Part shown: positions 12,151-24,934 of the stretch, in pieces
How positions within the stretch are numbered: position 1 is the first letter of the stretch
Layout of the letters: each line of letters opens with the position of its first letter
The notes under the pieces: generated by a model
What the model saw: the letters and a program-made list of their open reading frames with translations, nothing else
Told to the model about the DNA's origin: nothing
The model's database searches: none
NCBI RefSeq assembly: GCF_001194135.2
Contig: NC_069005.1
Coordinates: 5,799,553 to 5,860,017 of the forward strand
DNA length: 60,465 nt
Direction of reading: 5' to 3'
Source: Octopus bimaculoides
Lineage: Eukaryota
Position numbers and translations under genes: made by a program

Positions 12151-12222
12151 TCATACATCACCAAGTTTCTCTTCAATTTTCTGGAATTCTGAATTGGAAA
12201 CTCGATCCATTTCATCCTCGAC
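12151..12222 (-). CDS. NFU1: NFU1 terminal coding exon 8
   Basis: gtgtag|[23 protein letters not shown]. Confidence 0.88.
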   Translation of the reverse strand, partial: VEDEMDRVSNSEFQKIEEKLGDV

Positions 12223-15200
12223 CTACACCAAAGACACAACGCAATGTTTGAATTATCTATGTGGCTTGTGAACCTGCTAGCAATAGTAACTAAATCCTCA
12301 CTTGCTGTTTTGAAAGAGAAGTCTCATACTGGATAATGTACTTCTAGCTACATTATGTCTACATATAAAATTAACGGGGGATGGTCATGAGCAGAACCCC
12401 TATGATCATACAACCACGACTGGTCTGGCTCTAATTATTGATATCACAAGACAATAAAACAATCCAACAAAGGAACCTCTTATGTTATTACACAACCAGC
12501 TAGAAATAACAGCCAAATTCCCCTCAAATGACACTACTAATAAAAAAACAAACATCACATAATACAGTCCTGGATAAATGAAAATAGAGTTGCAAATAAA
12601 TTATAATAATATATGTAATGAGTTCACTTCTGCTTTCCATGCTGGTATGGGTTACTTGGGTATCACAATTGTTTTCTGCAGTCTTGATGGATTTTTTTCT
12701 TTTCTACTCTTGGCACAAGGCCAGAAGTTTTTGGGGAGAGGGCCAGTCAATTAGATTGACCCCAGCACGCAACTGGTATGGCCAGTTGAAATGTTAAAGA
12801 GTTAAACTTAGCTTTACATTATTGTAACCTCTGCCAGCTATTCTAACCTGCAAAATAATGGTAAAAGATTCTGTCAATGATGGAAAATTTACCTGTTCTA
12901 CTTCCTTGACTTCTGGGATATAAAACTGTAACATGTTCTGTACACCACTCTTTAGAGTCACAACTGAACTTGGACAGTTGGTACAGGAACCTTGCATTTT
13001 CAGTTTGACAATTCCATCTTCGAATCCCTGCATTTTGTAGAACAACAACATTCCTGATTATTAAAAAGGCAAAAACCACCCCACAACAAATAGTTCTTAA
13101 ATTAATTTTTTTCTGAGAAATAACTGAGGATTAATCATCATCATCATTTAACGTCCGTTAAGGGAAGGCATCCAGGACCCTTGTCACAGCCTCCTTTATC
13201 TTCTTTTTCAGCTTGAGGAACAACCAAAAGTCACAGGGAGTAAGGTGTGAACTGTAGGGATGGCGTTCAGGTGGGGTCCAAAGAATATTTTCAAGAGAGG
13301 GCACAAGGGCACAAAGGAATACAATTCCAGGAGAAAAGGGTGTAATAACATTATTGAGAAGGGCACACTTCTTTTCTTGAGGGGGAGGAGGCACTTGGGT
13401 CTGCCCCTGGTGATGGACAGTTTTGATACCCATCTCTGTCAAGTAGTTGGTTACCAAGATAGAATTGTGTATTGGTGCAGGTATTCTGGCCTTTGGCGAT
13501 GGAATCTCTTCCTGAACTCCTTCAAAACTTCCACAAAGTACTCTTTGTAGACTGCCTGGCAAGAGGGAACCCAGTGGATGTAGATGATATCCTTGTTGTC
13601 AAAACAGGGGACCATCACGAGCTGCCCACTGGACTTGTTCTCCCTGGCCTCTTGCACCACTAAAAAACATCCTCAGCTTATACAAGTTAGTCCATGACCA
13701 GCCTGGAGCATTTCATAAGTTTTTTGCAGGTGAGGGAATAACAAGCAGGTATATTAGTTCGATGCTCAGGAAGAATGGAAAAGCCTTTGATGTTTCGAGC
13801 CTATGCTCTTCGACAGAAAGGGACGAAAGGAAAAAAATGTGTTGGGATTAAGAGTTTAATATGATATACACATGTGTTTGTATTAGGATATACCTATTGG
13901 CATACTTCTTTTGTTTATACAAGGGAGTTAACAGTCTGCGTAACACCCAGTGGAGTACTCCATAGAGAATAGAAGAATATCTGGAGGTCTTCAACTTAAG
14001 TCATAGGTGTGTACTGGGGTGGGTGGGAGAGGAAGACCACTAAACAATAAAAAACAAAGTAAGACAAAACAAACCATGAATACGATGTCTCCACCATCTT
14101 CTTGAACCGTGGGTCTAATCCGGGTGTCAAGCAGCTCCTTTATCATAGCTACAGTCTCATCATCTTCAGGGTCAATAGCTGAAATTAAGAAAAGCAGACA
14201 AGCTGTTTGTTTATACACTGCATTCCTTCATGTAATTTTGAAGTTATTCCCCCTACCTTTTTTGATCATCATTAACACTTAACGTCCTATACAGTTCAGT
14301 ACAACATAGGGCTACATTGGTTAACCACTCCTGAAATGCATGGTATCACAAGATTCATACTAACCTTGTTTACATTCATTTTGAAGGAAGTGAGGAACTC
14401 TCTAATATAAGGGACAAAACTCTAATCTTTTATTGTGTCATTCATTTCTGTTGTGTGACAGAACCATTACATGACTGTCTTCTGAGCCAGAAAAAAATTT
14501 CAGTGGGAGAAGACCCGGCAAATAAAGTGAGTCCATGGCTGTAACCTACACCAGTGCCATCGACTGCCCTCTACAAACCCAACCCTTGCAAAAATCAAAT
14601 AAAATGCAAAGAATTGTATAAAGAAACGGTAAACTGTCCAACTGTCATATAACCGTTACATTTCAAAGAATCGAAAGAAAAAGAGATAAAATGTGGTAAG
14701 AAGTTATTGTTTTTTTTTGTACCTGTTTCTGCAGAGGGTTGTTCCTCTGTCAGAACTGGGAGGCCACTAGCAAAGAAATCCATTATAGTAGCATAAATGT
14801 TAGGTTTAATAATAGCCCAATCTGTATCTTCAATCTAGAAAAACAAAATATAAAAAAGAAGGAGAATTATTAATGACAGAAGCAGTAATAATAACAAAAG
14901 GCAATCATTACATCTAACTTAATGTGGACGTATTGTTAGAGTGCCAAATGGTGTGCTTTTTACCTTGAGACGTCGTATATATTTATATATACTTGTGTGT
15001 CTGTCTTTGTCTCCTCACCATCGCTTAACAACCGATGTTGGTATGTTTACATCCCTGTAAACTTAGTGGTTCAGCAAAAGGGTCCGATAGAATAAGTACT
15101 AGGCTTACAAAGACTAAGTCCTGGAGTTGGTTTGTTTGACTAAAGGCGGTGCTCCAGCATGGCCATAGTTAAATGATTGAAACAAGTAAAAGACTATATA

Positions 15201-18200
15201 TACACATACACGCACACAAACACATACATATCCGTTTTCCATGCTGGCATGGGTTGGACGGTTTGAATGGAGCTGGTAAGGCTGGTGGCGCTGCACCAAA
15301 CCTCCACTGTCTGTTCTGGCATGGTTTCTATGGCTGGATGCCCTTCCTGACGCCAACCACTGACAAACAAATAAAGGTTAATTAGGAACACGAGAACACT
15401 TCGACTCTGGGCCCTGTTGAATGCATGCAACACAATACAATAAACTGTAGAAAGTTGTAAAGATCATTTATGAACCGCCTGAGGAAGAAGAGGAGGAGAA
15501 GGGTAGGGTGGAGAAGAGGAGAAAGAGGAGGAGGGGTGAAGAGGAGAAAGAGGAAAGGGAGAAGAAGAGGAGGTGAAGAGGGAAGGGAGAAGAAGAGGAG
15601 GTGAAGAGGAAAGGGAGAAGAAGAGGAGAAAGAGGAAAGGTTGAAGAGGAAGAGAAGGGGTGAAGAAGAGGAGGAGGGGTAGATAAGGAAGCAGAGAAGT
15701 AGTTGGAGGGGGAGGAGGAAGAGCACAGCAATGACAATATTGATGATGAGAACGATGATGCTGATGATGATGATGATAACAAAGTCTAAGTTTGATGACA
15801 ATGATGATGACAGCAACAATTGAAGATGAAAACAATAAACACCACAACAACAACAACAATGACGATGATGATGATGATGATGATGACGACGTTAAAGTTA
15901 ACAAATTTTCAAACAACAACAACAACACCAACTTACCTTGTTGATGGTGATGAAATCAGAACCAAAAAACACCGACCGCACACCTTCCACCCGAAACAGT
16001 TGTCTGCGGAAGAAGAAAGGCAAAAAAAAAACATAGAAAAATATAAAAACGAAGAACTGAGATGAAATGTTGGTGTTCCTTCGATATAACTCGACAAACT
16101 AAATATTTGACAACATTTGACTTCGGGTATTTTTGTGACCGTGGAGGCGCAATGGCCCAGTTGTTAGGGCAGCAGACTCGCGATCATAGGATCACGGTTT
16201 CGATTCCCAGACCGGGTGTTGTGAGTGTTTGGTTATTGAGCGAAAACACCTGAAAGCTCCACGAGGCTCCGGCAGGGGATGGTGGCGAACCCTGCTGTAC
16301 TCTTCCACCACAACTTTCTCTCACTCTTTCTTCCTGTTTCTGCTGTGCCTGTAATTCAAAGGGTCAGCCTTGTCACACTCTGTGTCACGCTGAATATCCC
16401 CGAGAACTACGTTAAGGGTACACGTGTCCGTGGAGTGCTCAGCCACTTGCACGTTAATTTCACGAGCAGGCTGTTCCGTTGATTGGATCAACTGGAACCC
16501 TCGACGTCGTAAGCGACGGAGTGCCAACAACAACAACAACAACAACATTTCTGTGACCGTTGCTGAAATGGGAGGAGGAGGAGAAGAAGAAAGCTAATGG
16601 GTTGTACGTTATGCCAAACCCTGTAGTTATGCCGTTATGCCTACGTGCGTGCTTGTTCTCGATTCTGTTTTCTGTTTGGAAATTTGTGGATTTTACATAC
16701 ACATACGAAGCAGGTTGAAATTACCGAAATATGACAACTTTTTACGTGAAATAACTGCGAATGCAAAATTTTTTATCTGTTCTATAATACAAAATATACA
16801 AGTATACGAAGTTTAAAAGTGTTTCGGTACCAAAAACACTACATAAAACATTAATGAAAAATGTTGCCCGTCAAACCAAAAAGATCCGTAAGAACAAATA
16901 CGCAAGGCTATTTTTTTCTTGAAGTTTAAAATTATGCTCAAGAACACAATGTGTCACCCAGTCAGAGAACTGAACCCATGATCTAGTGATTGTGAGTCCA
17001 ACAGCCTAACCACCATAACTATATACACATGCAGGCACACACATACACACTAACAGAGACATACACACATACATGTCATGTTATAAACTTACCTGGCTAA
17101 GGGAGAACAATGGGCGGAGGCCATATTTGGAAAGTCTTTGGTACCTGCCTCAAGAACCTGAGTACCTGGGATGAATTTGAGACTGTTCGGGTTTGGCGTA
17201 TCTTGTGTTTGAATAAACATGGTTCGGACTGTAAAGAGAGACAGAGATAGAAAAGAGGAAAACAAAGAAATTAAAAAGAAAACAAACAAATATAAATAAA
17301 TAAATAAAAACGGAAATTTTGTTTGGAAATGGCACAGTAGGCGCAGGAGTGGCTGTGTGGTAAGTAGCTTGCTTACCAACCACATGGTTCCGGGTTCAGT
17401 CCCGCTGCGTGGCACCTTGGGCAAGTGTCTTCTACTATAGCCTCGGGCCGACCAAAGCCTTGTGAGTGGATTTGGTAGACGAAAACTGAAAGAAGCCTGT
17501 CGTATATATGTATATATATATGTGTGTGTGTGTCTGTGTTTGTCCCCCCACCAACGCTTGAGAACCGATGGTGGTGTGTTTACGTTCCCGTAACTTAGCG
17601 GTTCGGCAAAAAGAGACCGATAGAATATGTACTAGGCTTACAAAGAATAAGTCCTGGGGTCGATTTTCTCGACTAAAGGCGGTGCTCCAGCATGGCCACA
17701 GTCAAATGACTGAAACAAGTAAAAGAGTAAAGAGTAGAAATTAGAACGTTTCCCTACCATTCTGCTGGTATGGAGAGATGACTGGCCACTGTCTATGATG
17801 GATTCTCGAGAGGCTGCTGGACAATGTCCTTGGTTTAATCACAGAGGTCGCTGTCACTAAGGATGACAATGAACGGCTCCTGCAACAGAGAGAAGAAAAC
17901 CAAATTCACAATAAGTCAACAAAAAAGGGCCTCTGTGCAGTCATTCATTCAGCAGGAAATAGCAGCTAAATCCTGCCATTCAAATCACACCCTATACTCT
18001 TATTAAAAAGAATACGAAAGAAAAGGAAGAACTCATTGGATAATGTTGTCTCTGGGGGACACTAGGATTAGAAAAAGACAAAAGAAAAGAAAGTAAGAGT
18101 AGAAAAAATCAGGATGGTCATGGTTGGAATATCCTTTGATTAAAAGTCTGGTTAGTCAGGTCTGACCTGGGTTAAATAACCATGACAACAGTTATGACCT

Positions 18201-19462
18201 TGACCGCATTACACACAGTTGTAGGGGGTTTTACGAATTCCCCAACTAATATAAATTATACATCTGCTCTGTTCCTTCCCATCTTCACGACCGTGGCTGT
18301 GTGGTAAGAAGCTAACATCCCAACCACATGGTTCTGGGTTCAGTCCCACTGTGAGACACCCTGGCCTGAGGTTATATATATATATACTCGTGCCGGTGGC
18401 ACGTAAAAGCACCCCACTACACTCTTGGAGTCATTGGCGTTAGGAAGGGCATCCAGCTGTAGAAACTCTGCCAGATCAGATTGGAGTCTGGTGTAGCCAT
18501 CTGGTTCGCCAGTCCCCAGTCAAATCGTCCAACCCATGCTAGCATGGAAAGCGGACGTTAAATGATGATGATGATATATATACATACATATATATATATA
18601 TATTGTTTAAATAAAATAAGTTTTATATGTTAACAGGAAGTTAAATAGTTTTTTTCCATATTTTTTATATATATGGAAGTATAAATACAAAAATACATTT
18701 TCACATAGACGTTATTACTCTATAATAAGTTTTACTGAGAATATATTTGAATATGTTTTCATAGGGTGAGTTTTACAGACATGACACAAGAGAGAGAGAG
18801 AGAGAGAGATCTTGTTATTTCAAGGGTTCTGTACGAAAAAAAAATTAGTGCAAGTTGAGGCCAAAAGAGATTTTGTAGTCGAAGAAAAAATTACGTGTTT
18901 GTGTGAGAGGGAGAGATTTTTAATGAAATTTTCTACACATTCATCTGAAAGTCGCAGGGAGCACATTTGTATAGTTATGATATTCTATGCTATGTATGTA
19001 TGTATGTGTGTATCTATGTAATTTCGAAACAGACTAGCTGTCAAGGCTTACGTAATAAGTTTTGTAATTAGTTATATTATAAATGGGGGGAAAAAAGATC
19101 CTATAAATGTATTTTCACATCACAAAAACTGATTATAAGCGGATATGTCAATAGTTGGAATTGCTGTAAGTAGAATACGGGAAACTGCTGATTATAAACG
19201 GGATGTGACTATAAACAGAGGATGTATAAATGCGTGTGTTTGTTTGTATTCCCAATATACTTTACTCTCCTATATGACCTCCGTTGAGTTGTAACGTTAG
19301 AGATCACAGGAATATGTGGGACGGATGCTAGAACAATTACTGAAGATATATAGGGTACATCAAAGGTAAATTATAAGTTTCTATTCACCGAACAACATTG
19401 TTGAAGGAAGAATTCAGCGAAAAAGATTTTAGCAGACGTCGGAACACGACAGTGTTGGCCAT
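12151..19462 (-). CDS. NFU1: NFU1 iron-sulfur cluster scaffold, mitochondrial; exons (plus coordinates) 19389-19462, 17758-17879, 17093-17228, 15937-16003, 14723-14834, 14075-14178, 12893-13027, 12151-12222; 822 nt, 273 aa
   Basis: All seven introns are GT-AG with consistent phases. The N-terminus is Arg/Ser-rich and has no acidic residues ([20 protein letters not shown]...), like a mitochondrial presequence. It is followed by [51 protein letters not shown] and [31 protein letters not shown] with the NifU CxxC motif. Confidence 0.96.
12893..13027 (-). CDS. NFU1: NFU1 coding exon 7 (CxxC)
   Basis: [45 protein letters not shown]; atgcag / gtaaat. Confidence 0.96.
13158..13700 (-). mobile_element. 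Degenerate mariner transposase relic in NFU1 intron 6
   Basis: Frameshifted pieces ...[40 protein letters not shown] and [19 protein letters not shown] (cf. mariner HPPYSPDLAPCDFWLFPKLK). Confidence 0.85.
14075..14178 (-). CDS. NFU1: NFU1 coding exon 6
   Basis: (A)[34 protein letters not shown]; tttcag / gtttgt. Confidence 0.95.
14723..14834 (-). CDS. NFU1: NFU1 coding exon 5
   Basis: [37 protein letters not shown]; ttctag / gtacaa. Confidence 0.94.
15478..15725 (+). repeat. Purine-rich (GAA/GGA) low-complexity tract
   Basis: Almost exclusively A/G. Confidence 0.9.
15937..16003 (-). CDS. NFU1: NFU1 coding exon 4
   Basis: [22 protein letters not shown]; ccgcag / gtaagt. Confidence 0.93.
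16141..16546 (+). mobile_element. tRNA-headed SINE family E with (CAA)n tail
   Basis: ggaggcgcaatggcccagttgttagggcagc...ggtttcgattccc head; 3' half shared with the element at about 34848-35140. Confidence 0.75.
17093..17228 (-). CDS. NFU1: NFU1 coding exon 3
   Basis: [44 protein letters not shown]; ttacag / gtaagt. Confidence 0.95.
17339..17735 (+). mobile_element. tRNA-headed SINE family B, full-length composite copy
   Basis: aggcgcaggagtggctgtgtggtaagtagc...ggttccgggttcagtccc (A/B boxes)...ggcggtgctccagcatggcc...gtaaaagag; near-identical copy at 25521-25905. Confidence 0.85.
17758..17879 (-). CDS. NFU1: NFU1 coding exon 2
   Basis: ctctctgttgcag|G AGC CGT...CAG AAT G|gtaggg; open frame, phases 2/1 bridge exons 1 and 3. 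Confidence 0.82.
19389..19462 (-). CDS. NFU1: NFU1 coding exon 1 (transit peptide)
   Basis: atcATGG Kozak context; [24 protein letters not shown](R)|gtgaat; phase 2 matches exon 2. Confidence 0.8.
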
Positions 19463-22130
19463 GATGGTGAATAAACAACTAAAGTCAGCCTCCTAACTTT
19501 AGTTTCGAACAAAGAGTGATTGCGTTGCATATCTGTTCGCGTAAAGAGAAAAAGAAAAGTTTCAAAAATGACCCGTAAATATCCATTGTAATATTTTGAA
19601 AATAAAACGGAGTAATTATTTTCAAAATGTGCAGATATTAAAATGTCAAAATTTCTTATCGTACATGAAGTAAATTGACAGTTATAACCAGTTTCTGAGT
19701 CTTAGTTTCGAAATGAATCATTTTGATATTTTAAATGTCATTTAATTATAATTATTGATCTTAACGTATCATTTATTATTAATAATTTAAATAAATTAAC
19801 GACTAATATAGATAAAATTGCTATATTTAATAAATACAGTTATCTGTAATAATTAAAAGTCTTTCTATGACGATCTTTGGCGTTTACAAAATCTGTATTT
19901 ATATTTTAGTTGAAATATCGATTTTGTTTAACCTCAAAAGGGCCCTGGTCAGCCCTGATCAGCCCTGTGATCAAAGGCCTCACAGCAATAATCATTTCGT
20001 TTCGGTTCTGTTTTAAAGGCATAGTGTACCACAGAGTATACTATTCAAAGTATCAGAGACAATATGGCAATATAAACCCAAGGAAGATTTGGTGGCTACT
20101 TCCAGCAGATCGAATGGTTTCACGGTTCCCTGTTAGGTCTGACTTTATAATCTTTGGATTATCACAGAAGATTATCCCACGCATATTATAGACATGTTAC
20201 GTAATCTACCTGTCTAACACTATCGTTTACTTGTTTCAGTGATTGAACTGCGGCCATACTGGGGCACCACATTGAAGAGTTTTAGTCGAACAAATCTACC
20301 CTTATGCTTATTCTATCAATGTGTCTTTTACCCGAACCGCTACGGTACGGGGACGTAAACAAACCAATATCGGTTATCAAGCGGTGGTTCGGGACAAAGA
20401 TACACGTACATATGCGATGGGCTTATTTCAGTTTCTGTCGGCCAAATCTATTCAAAAGCTTTGATTGGCTCGGGACTATAGTAGACGACACTTGTCCAGG
20501 TGCCAAATAGTGGCACTGAACCCAGGACTTCACGGTTGGGAAGCAAACGCCTTGCTACACAGCCATGCCTGCGCCTAATCGTTAAATATTTGAATTTCAT
20601 TTCTTTCCAAATAAGAAATTTCTAAGCGAAACATTTATTTTCTTTCCATCTCTTTCTTACTATAAAAGAATTTATTGTGATAAAAATGAATTCCTTTTCT
20701 TAAAAGATACTGGCCTAAGGGACATAACTCTTTCCCTCTCGTGGGGGAAATAATTGCGAACCACAGTGATTTTGCTAAAAATAACAGCCAAATCTCACAC
20801 AAATAACACTGGACCATGTCAAATAAATACGGACACCGTAGTTCTAGATTTACTTTATATGCTAAGTATAAAAATAGTAGAGGTAGTTGCTGAATTTAAG
20901 TAGATCCCGGGGGATAAACAACAGTGGACCCCTACAATTTTGCTTATGCAAATAATGAAGGTCTTATTTAATCTAGTGACCTCAAACAGTCTGTAAAAAC
21001 TCCAAAACTTTAAAAGGCAGATTCAGAAGGACATAGTTAAATTTAATGGCATTTTAAATTTAAAAGGGCTCAATAAATCAAAATAGGGTCCAGTAATTTT
21101 GAAAGAAATCTATTGGATGAAAAAAAAAAAAAAATTACAAATTATATATTTTACGGTTACTCTTTTACTCAAACCTAATAAAATTTTTTTTTTTTTTTCG
21201 TAATTTTGTTATAGAATCACTTATTTCTCCGCCTCACGTCACTCTTGGTGCGTCAAAACGTTTCCCGTTGCTTAAACCATTATGTTCCAATCCTTCTTTC
21301 CTTAGATCATCATTCTATTGGAATGTCCTCGCTCATGTTACCAAATTCCCCAGTCTTAGAGTGACTGCAAAGCTTACTCAGCAAGTTCAAACAAAANNNN
21401 NNNNNNTGGGCAAATTGCGGCCCGTGGGACTTGCAGAATGGCATACCGTATTTCAAGTTGAAAATAACACATTCATAATTTTTTTAATAGTGCGTCCCGC
21501 TTCTGAAAAAAAAAAAAAAGAAAAGCTGCCGAAAGCAGACTAAAAAAATCTTTTCGTTAAGTTCGCGAGTAATGATCCTTTTTTCTCACCCCCAAGGAAC
21601 TACGAATTTTCTTTTTTTAAATTTCATTTTATTTAAAAGAACATCACCGGACGAAACATTAACGGCCAATATGACTTAGAATAGAACAGAATCGAGGTAT
21701 TATTTAAACGGGGGATTTCTTCAGAGTGTCACCGTGTGGGTGCGGTGAATTGGGAAAATGTTTTCCTATCTGCCGCCTTTGATAATTACAATGTTAGAGA
21801 ATCATTAACAGACACCTGGCTTTATTATGAGAATGTGGTGTGTTTTCTGGTGAATTTCCCGCCCGTTTCTCTAATTAAATGTATCTTTATAACGTCCAGC
21901 AACAGGAGAAACGGATTAAATACGCGCATATTATACATCTCTTTATATTATTATATTCAGCTCTATTGGAAAGAAAACCTGTTTTAAACCGGAATATCTC
22001 GACCACTGGTCCAGTTATGGTATTACGAACATTTCTCCCGCTTTGATTAGTGTTAGTTATATCAGTTGACCGCTACACACCCTAATATTCGGTTAGGTTT
22101 ACCGCAAACCACAAAGAAAACCCGAGAATA

Positions 22131-22196
22131 ATGAATGAACGACTAAAAGAACTTCGAGAGAGATCTCAGGAAAGGAAAAAGCTTCTGGCTTTAGCT
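22131..22196 (+). CDS. METTL14: METTL14 exon 1
   Basis: [22 protein letters not shown]|gtaagt. Confidence 0.9.
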
Positions 22197-23384
22197 GTAA
22201 GTATCTTTAAATCTCATTAGTTCCAAGCTCTATCTTACCGGTTTTAGTTTTGTTTTGCAATAAACCTCCAAAAAAAATCCTGTCTATTGGAGGTCTGTAT
22301 TTGAAGGATGAGAGACCTGGAAATTTGCGAAGATTTCCAGCATTGCAGAAGTGCAAGAGAAACGAAGTGGTTTTGATCAAAAATTAAAGCTGAGATGCGG
22401 ACACAACTCGCAAAGAGGTGACCGCAACTGTTGTAATTTTCTTCTAAAATAGGGTACAATTAACTGTTCATTTTACGGAAAGAATATTGTATCGAAGTCC
22501 CCAGTTCTTTGTTTTATGGACTTCGGTGAGACGGAATTTGGAGCATAAGTGGCGTGACGGAATGCTCCGGCGTCGTTCCTCTATTTTGCCAAATACGACC
22601 CAAATAGTAATAATAATAATAATAATAAGGCGAAGGTAAAGAATTCGTAGACCCGGTGGTGAAGGTTTACGGTTAGGGTTTTTGTTACGTCGAAAACCGG
22701 TGGTGTACGTAGTCTTTAGCGCCGCCTAATAATAATCCTTTCTACTATAGTCACAAGGCCTGAAATTTTTTGGGGAGGGGACTAATCGATCACATCGACC
22801 CCAGTGTTTTACCGGTACTTAATTTATCGACCCTGAAAGGATGAAAAGCAAAATCGCCCTCGGTGGTATTTGAACTCAGAATGTTAAGACGGACGAAATA
22901 CCTTGAAGTACTTTATCATTCTCCAAAATTTCAGGCCTAATTCTTATAGTTGATAAAAGTAATAATAATAATGGTTTTAGAATTTGGCCTAGGCTAGCAA
23001 TTTTAGTGGGAGGGCTTCAATCAATTACATTGGCCTCTGTACTTGACTGTTGCTTATTTTATCGACCACAAAAGAATGAAAGGCATGTTTGAGATCAACG
23101 CCTAAAGAACTGGAAGAAATACCACTAAGCATTTTGCCTGATGCGCTACTGATTCTGCTAGCTCACAACCTTAATGATAATTCTTTCTGCTATAAGTACA
23201 AGGCCTGAAATGTTGTGGGGAGTGAGTCCCCTTCCCCACTTAGCTGGTAATTATTTTATCAATCTTGAAACGATTAAAGGCAAAGTTGACCATAATTGAA
23301 TTTGAACTCAGAACAACGTGAAGATGGATGAAATACTGCTAAGCATTTTGTCCAGCGTGCTAACGATTCAGCCAACTCGCTGCC

Positions 23385-23418
<34 letters not shown>

Positions 23419-24510
23419 TGCTGAGACCCCCTTCGGTCATGACTGACTATGGGATTGCACCCAGAAATTTACCCTCCGAGGGCACAAGTCCGGGCAAGGT
23501 TGTTTATGGAAGACCAGCAGTCGCCCATGCATACCAGCCTCCCCTCTCCATGCCACCGATGTTATCCAAGGGAAAGGCAAAGGGGCCGATACAGCTTCGC
23601 ACCTGTGACGTCACAACTCATTTCTACAACTGAGTGAACTGGAGCAACGTGAAATAAAGTGTCTTGCTCAAGAACACAACACACGGCCCGGTCTTTACAA
23701 CAAACAAGATGAGGACAAATATCCGTCAAATGTAAATAATTCCTCTTCTCTTAAATATAGAACTGTATTATTATTTTCCATTTTACTGTTAGTTTTTTGT
23801 TTTTTTTTTCATTTTGAAAAATATAAATTTATTTTATGAATTATCATTGTTTATATTTTGAATTACATATATATGAGGGTGCCAAAATCTTTTAAGTGCT
23901 TATGGCCCCTACGGGTCTTGATCAGGCCCTGCACACACCTTAATACCCCTCATGTTGTGACTCCTTCCACCGCAGCTACTGTTGACCAAACCATGATATT
24001 CTTTTGCAGCTGGGAGCTTCCGGTCCAGAAGGATTAAAGACAATTCTACACAGTGATGTTAATGTTGAGAAGAAGTCACAAGACAGGTAAGATCTCTGCC
24101 AATCACTGCCCGCTTAATCCATTAGCATTTAAACCGGTCATATCCGGCTAAAATATTCTACCTGTTTTATGTTCAAACCTTACAATATTCTACCTAAAAA
24201 AATTAACAGCTACTTCATAAAAATCTCAAAACTACAAGACAATGACTTCAAAATGTGAATAAACTACTGCTATTTAGGCCATTGCTACTCCAGGCTGCTG
24301 ATGAGCAAAGACTCAGAAACATGTCTCTGGAGGCAGGCTTAGCTAAATGGAGGTGCTTGTCTCCCCCTTGTAAACACAAAGGACACAAGAAATGTTTCAA
24401 GGCCGACGGAAGCGGTGCTGCTTCCTAGGGCTAAATAGCAGTAGTATTATTCCCTTCATGGGACAGTCATAATAAGTTGACAGCATACAACTACTTTATA
24501 TATATATATA

Positions 24511-24556
<46 letters not shown>

Positions 24557-24903
24557 TGTGTGTGTGTGTNNNNNNNNNNNNNNNNNNNNNNNNNNNNNNN
24601 NNNNNNNNNNNNNNNNNNNNNNNNNNNNNNNNNNNNNNNNNNNNNNNNNNNNNNNNNNNNNNNNNNNNNNNNNNNNNNNNNNNNNNNNNNNNNNNNNNNN
24701 NNNNNNNNNNNNNNNNNNNNNNNNNNNNNNNNNNNNNNNNNNNNNNNNNNNNNNNNNNNNNNNNNNNNNNNNNNNNNNNNNNNNNNNNNNNNNNNNNNNN
24801 NNNNNNNNNNNNNNNNNNNNNNNNNNNNNNNNNNNNNNNNNNNNNNNNNNNNNNNNNNNNNNNNNNNNNNNNNNNNNNNNNNNNNNNNNNNNNNNNATAT
24901 ATA

Positions 24904-24934
<31 letters not shown>

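Noticed and set aside
15382-16065. Hydrophobic or Ser/Met-rich ORFs in NFU1 intron 4 and similar (TG)n/(TA)n-derived ORFs at 50474-54611 and 57253-58684
   Set aside because: Translations of microsatellites and low-complexity DNA.
16141-16215. tRNA-like sequences with A/B boxes (also heads at 10560-10641, 17339-17410, 25521-25590)
   Set aside because: They are SINE heads followed by SINE bodies; no complete cloverleaf or acceptor stem.
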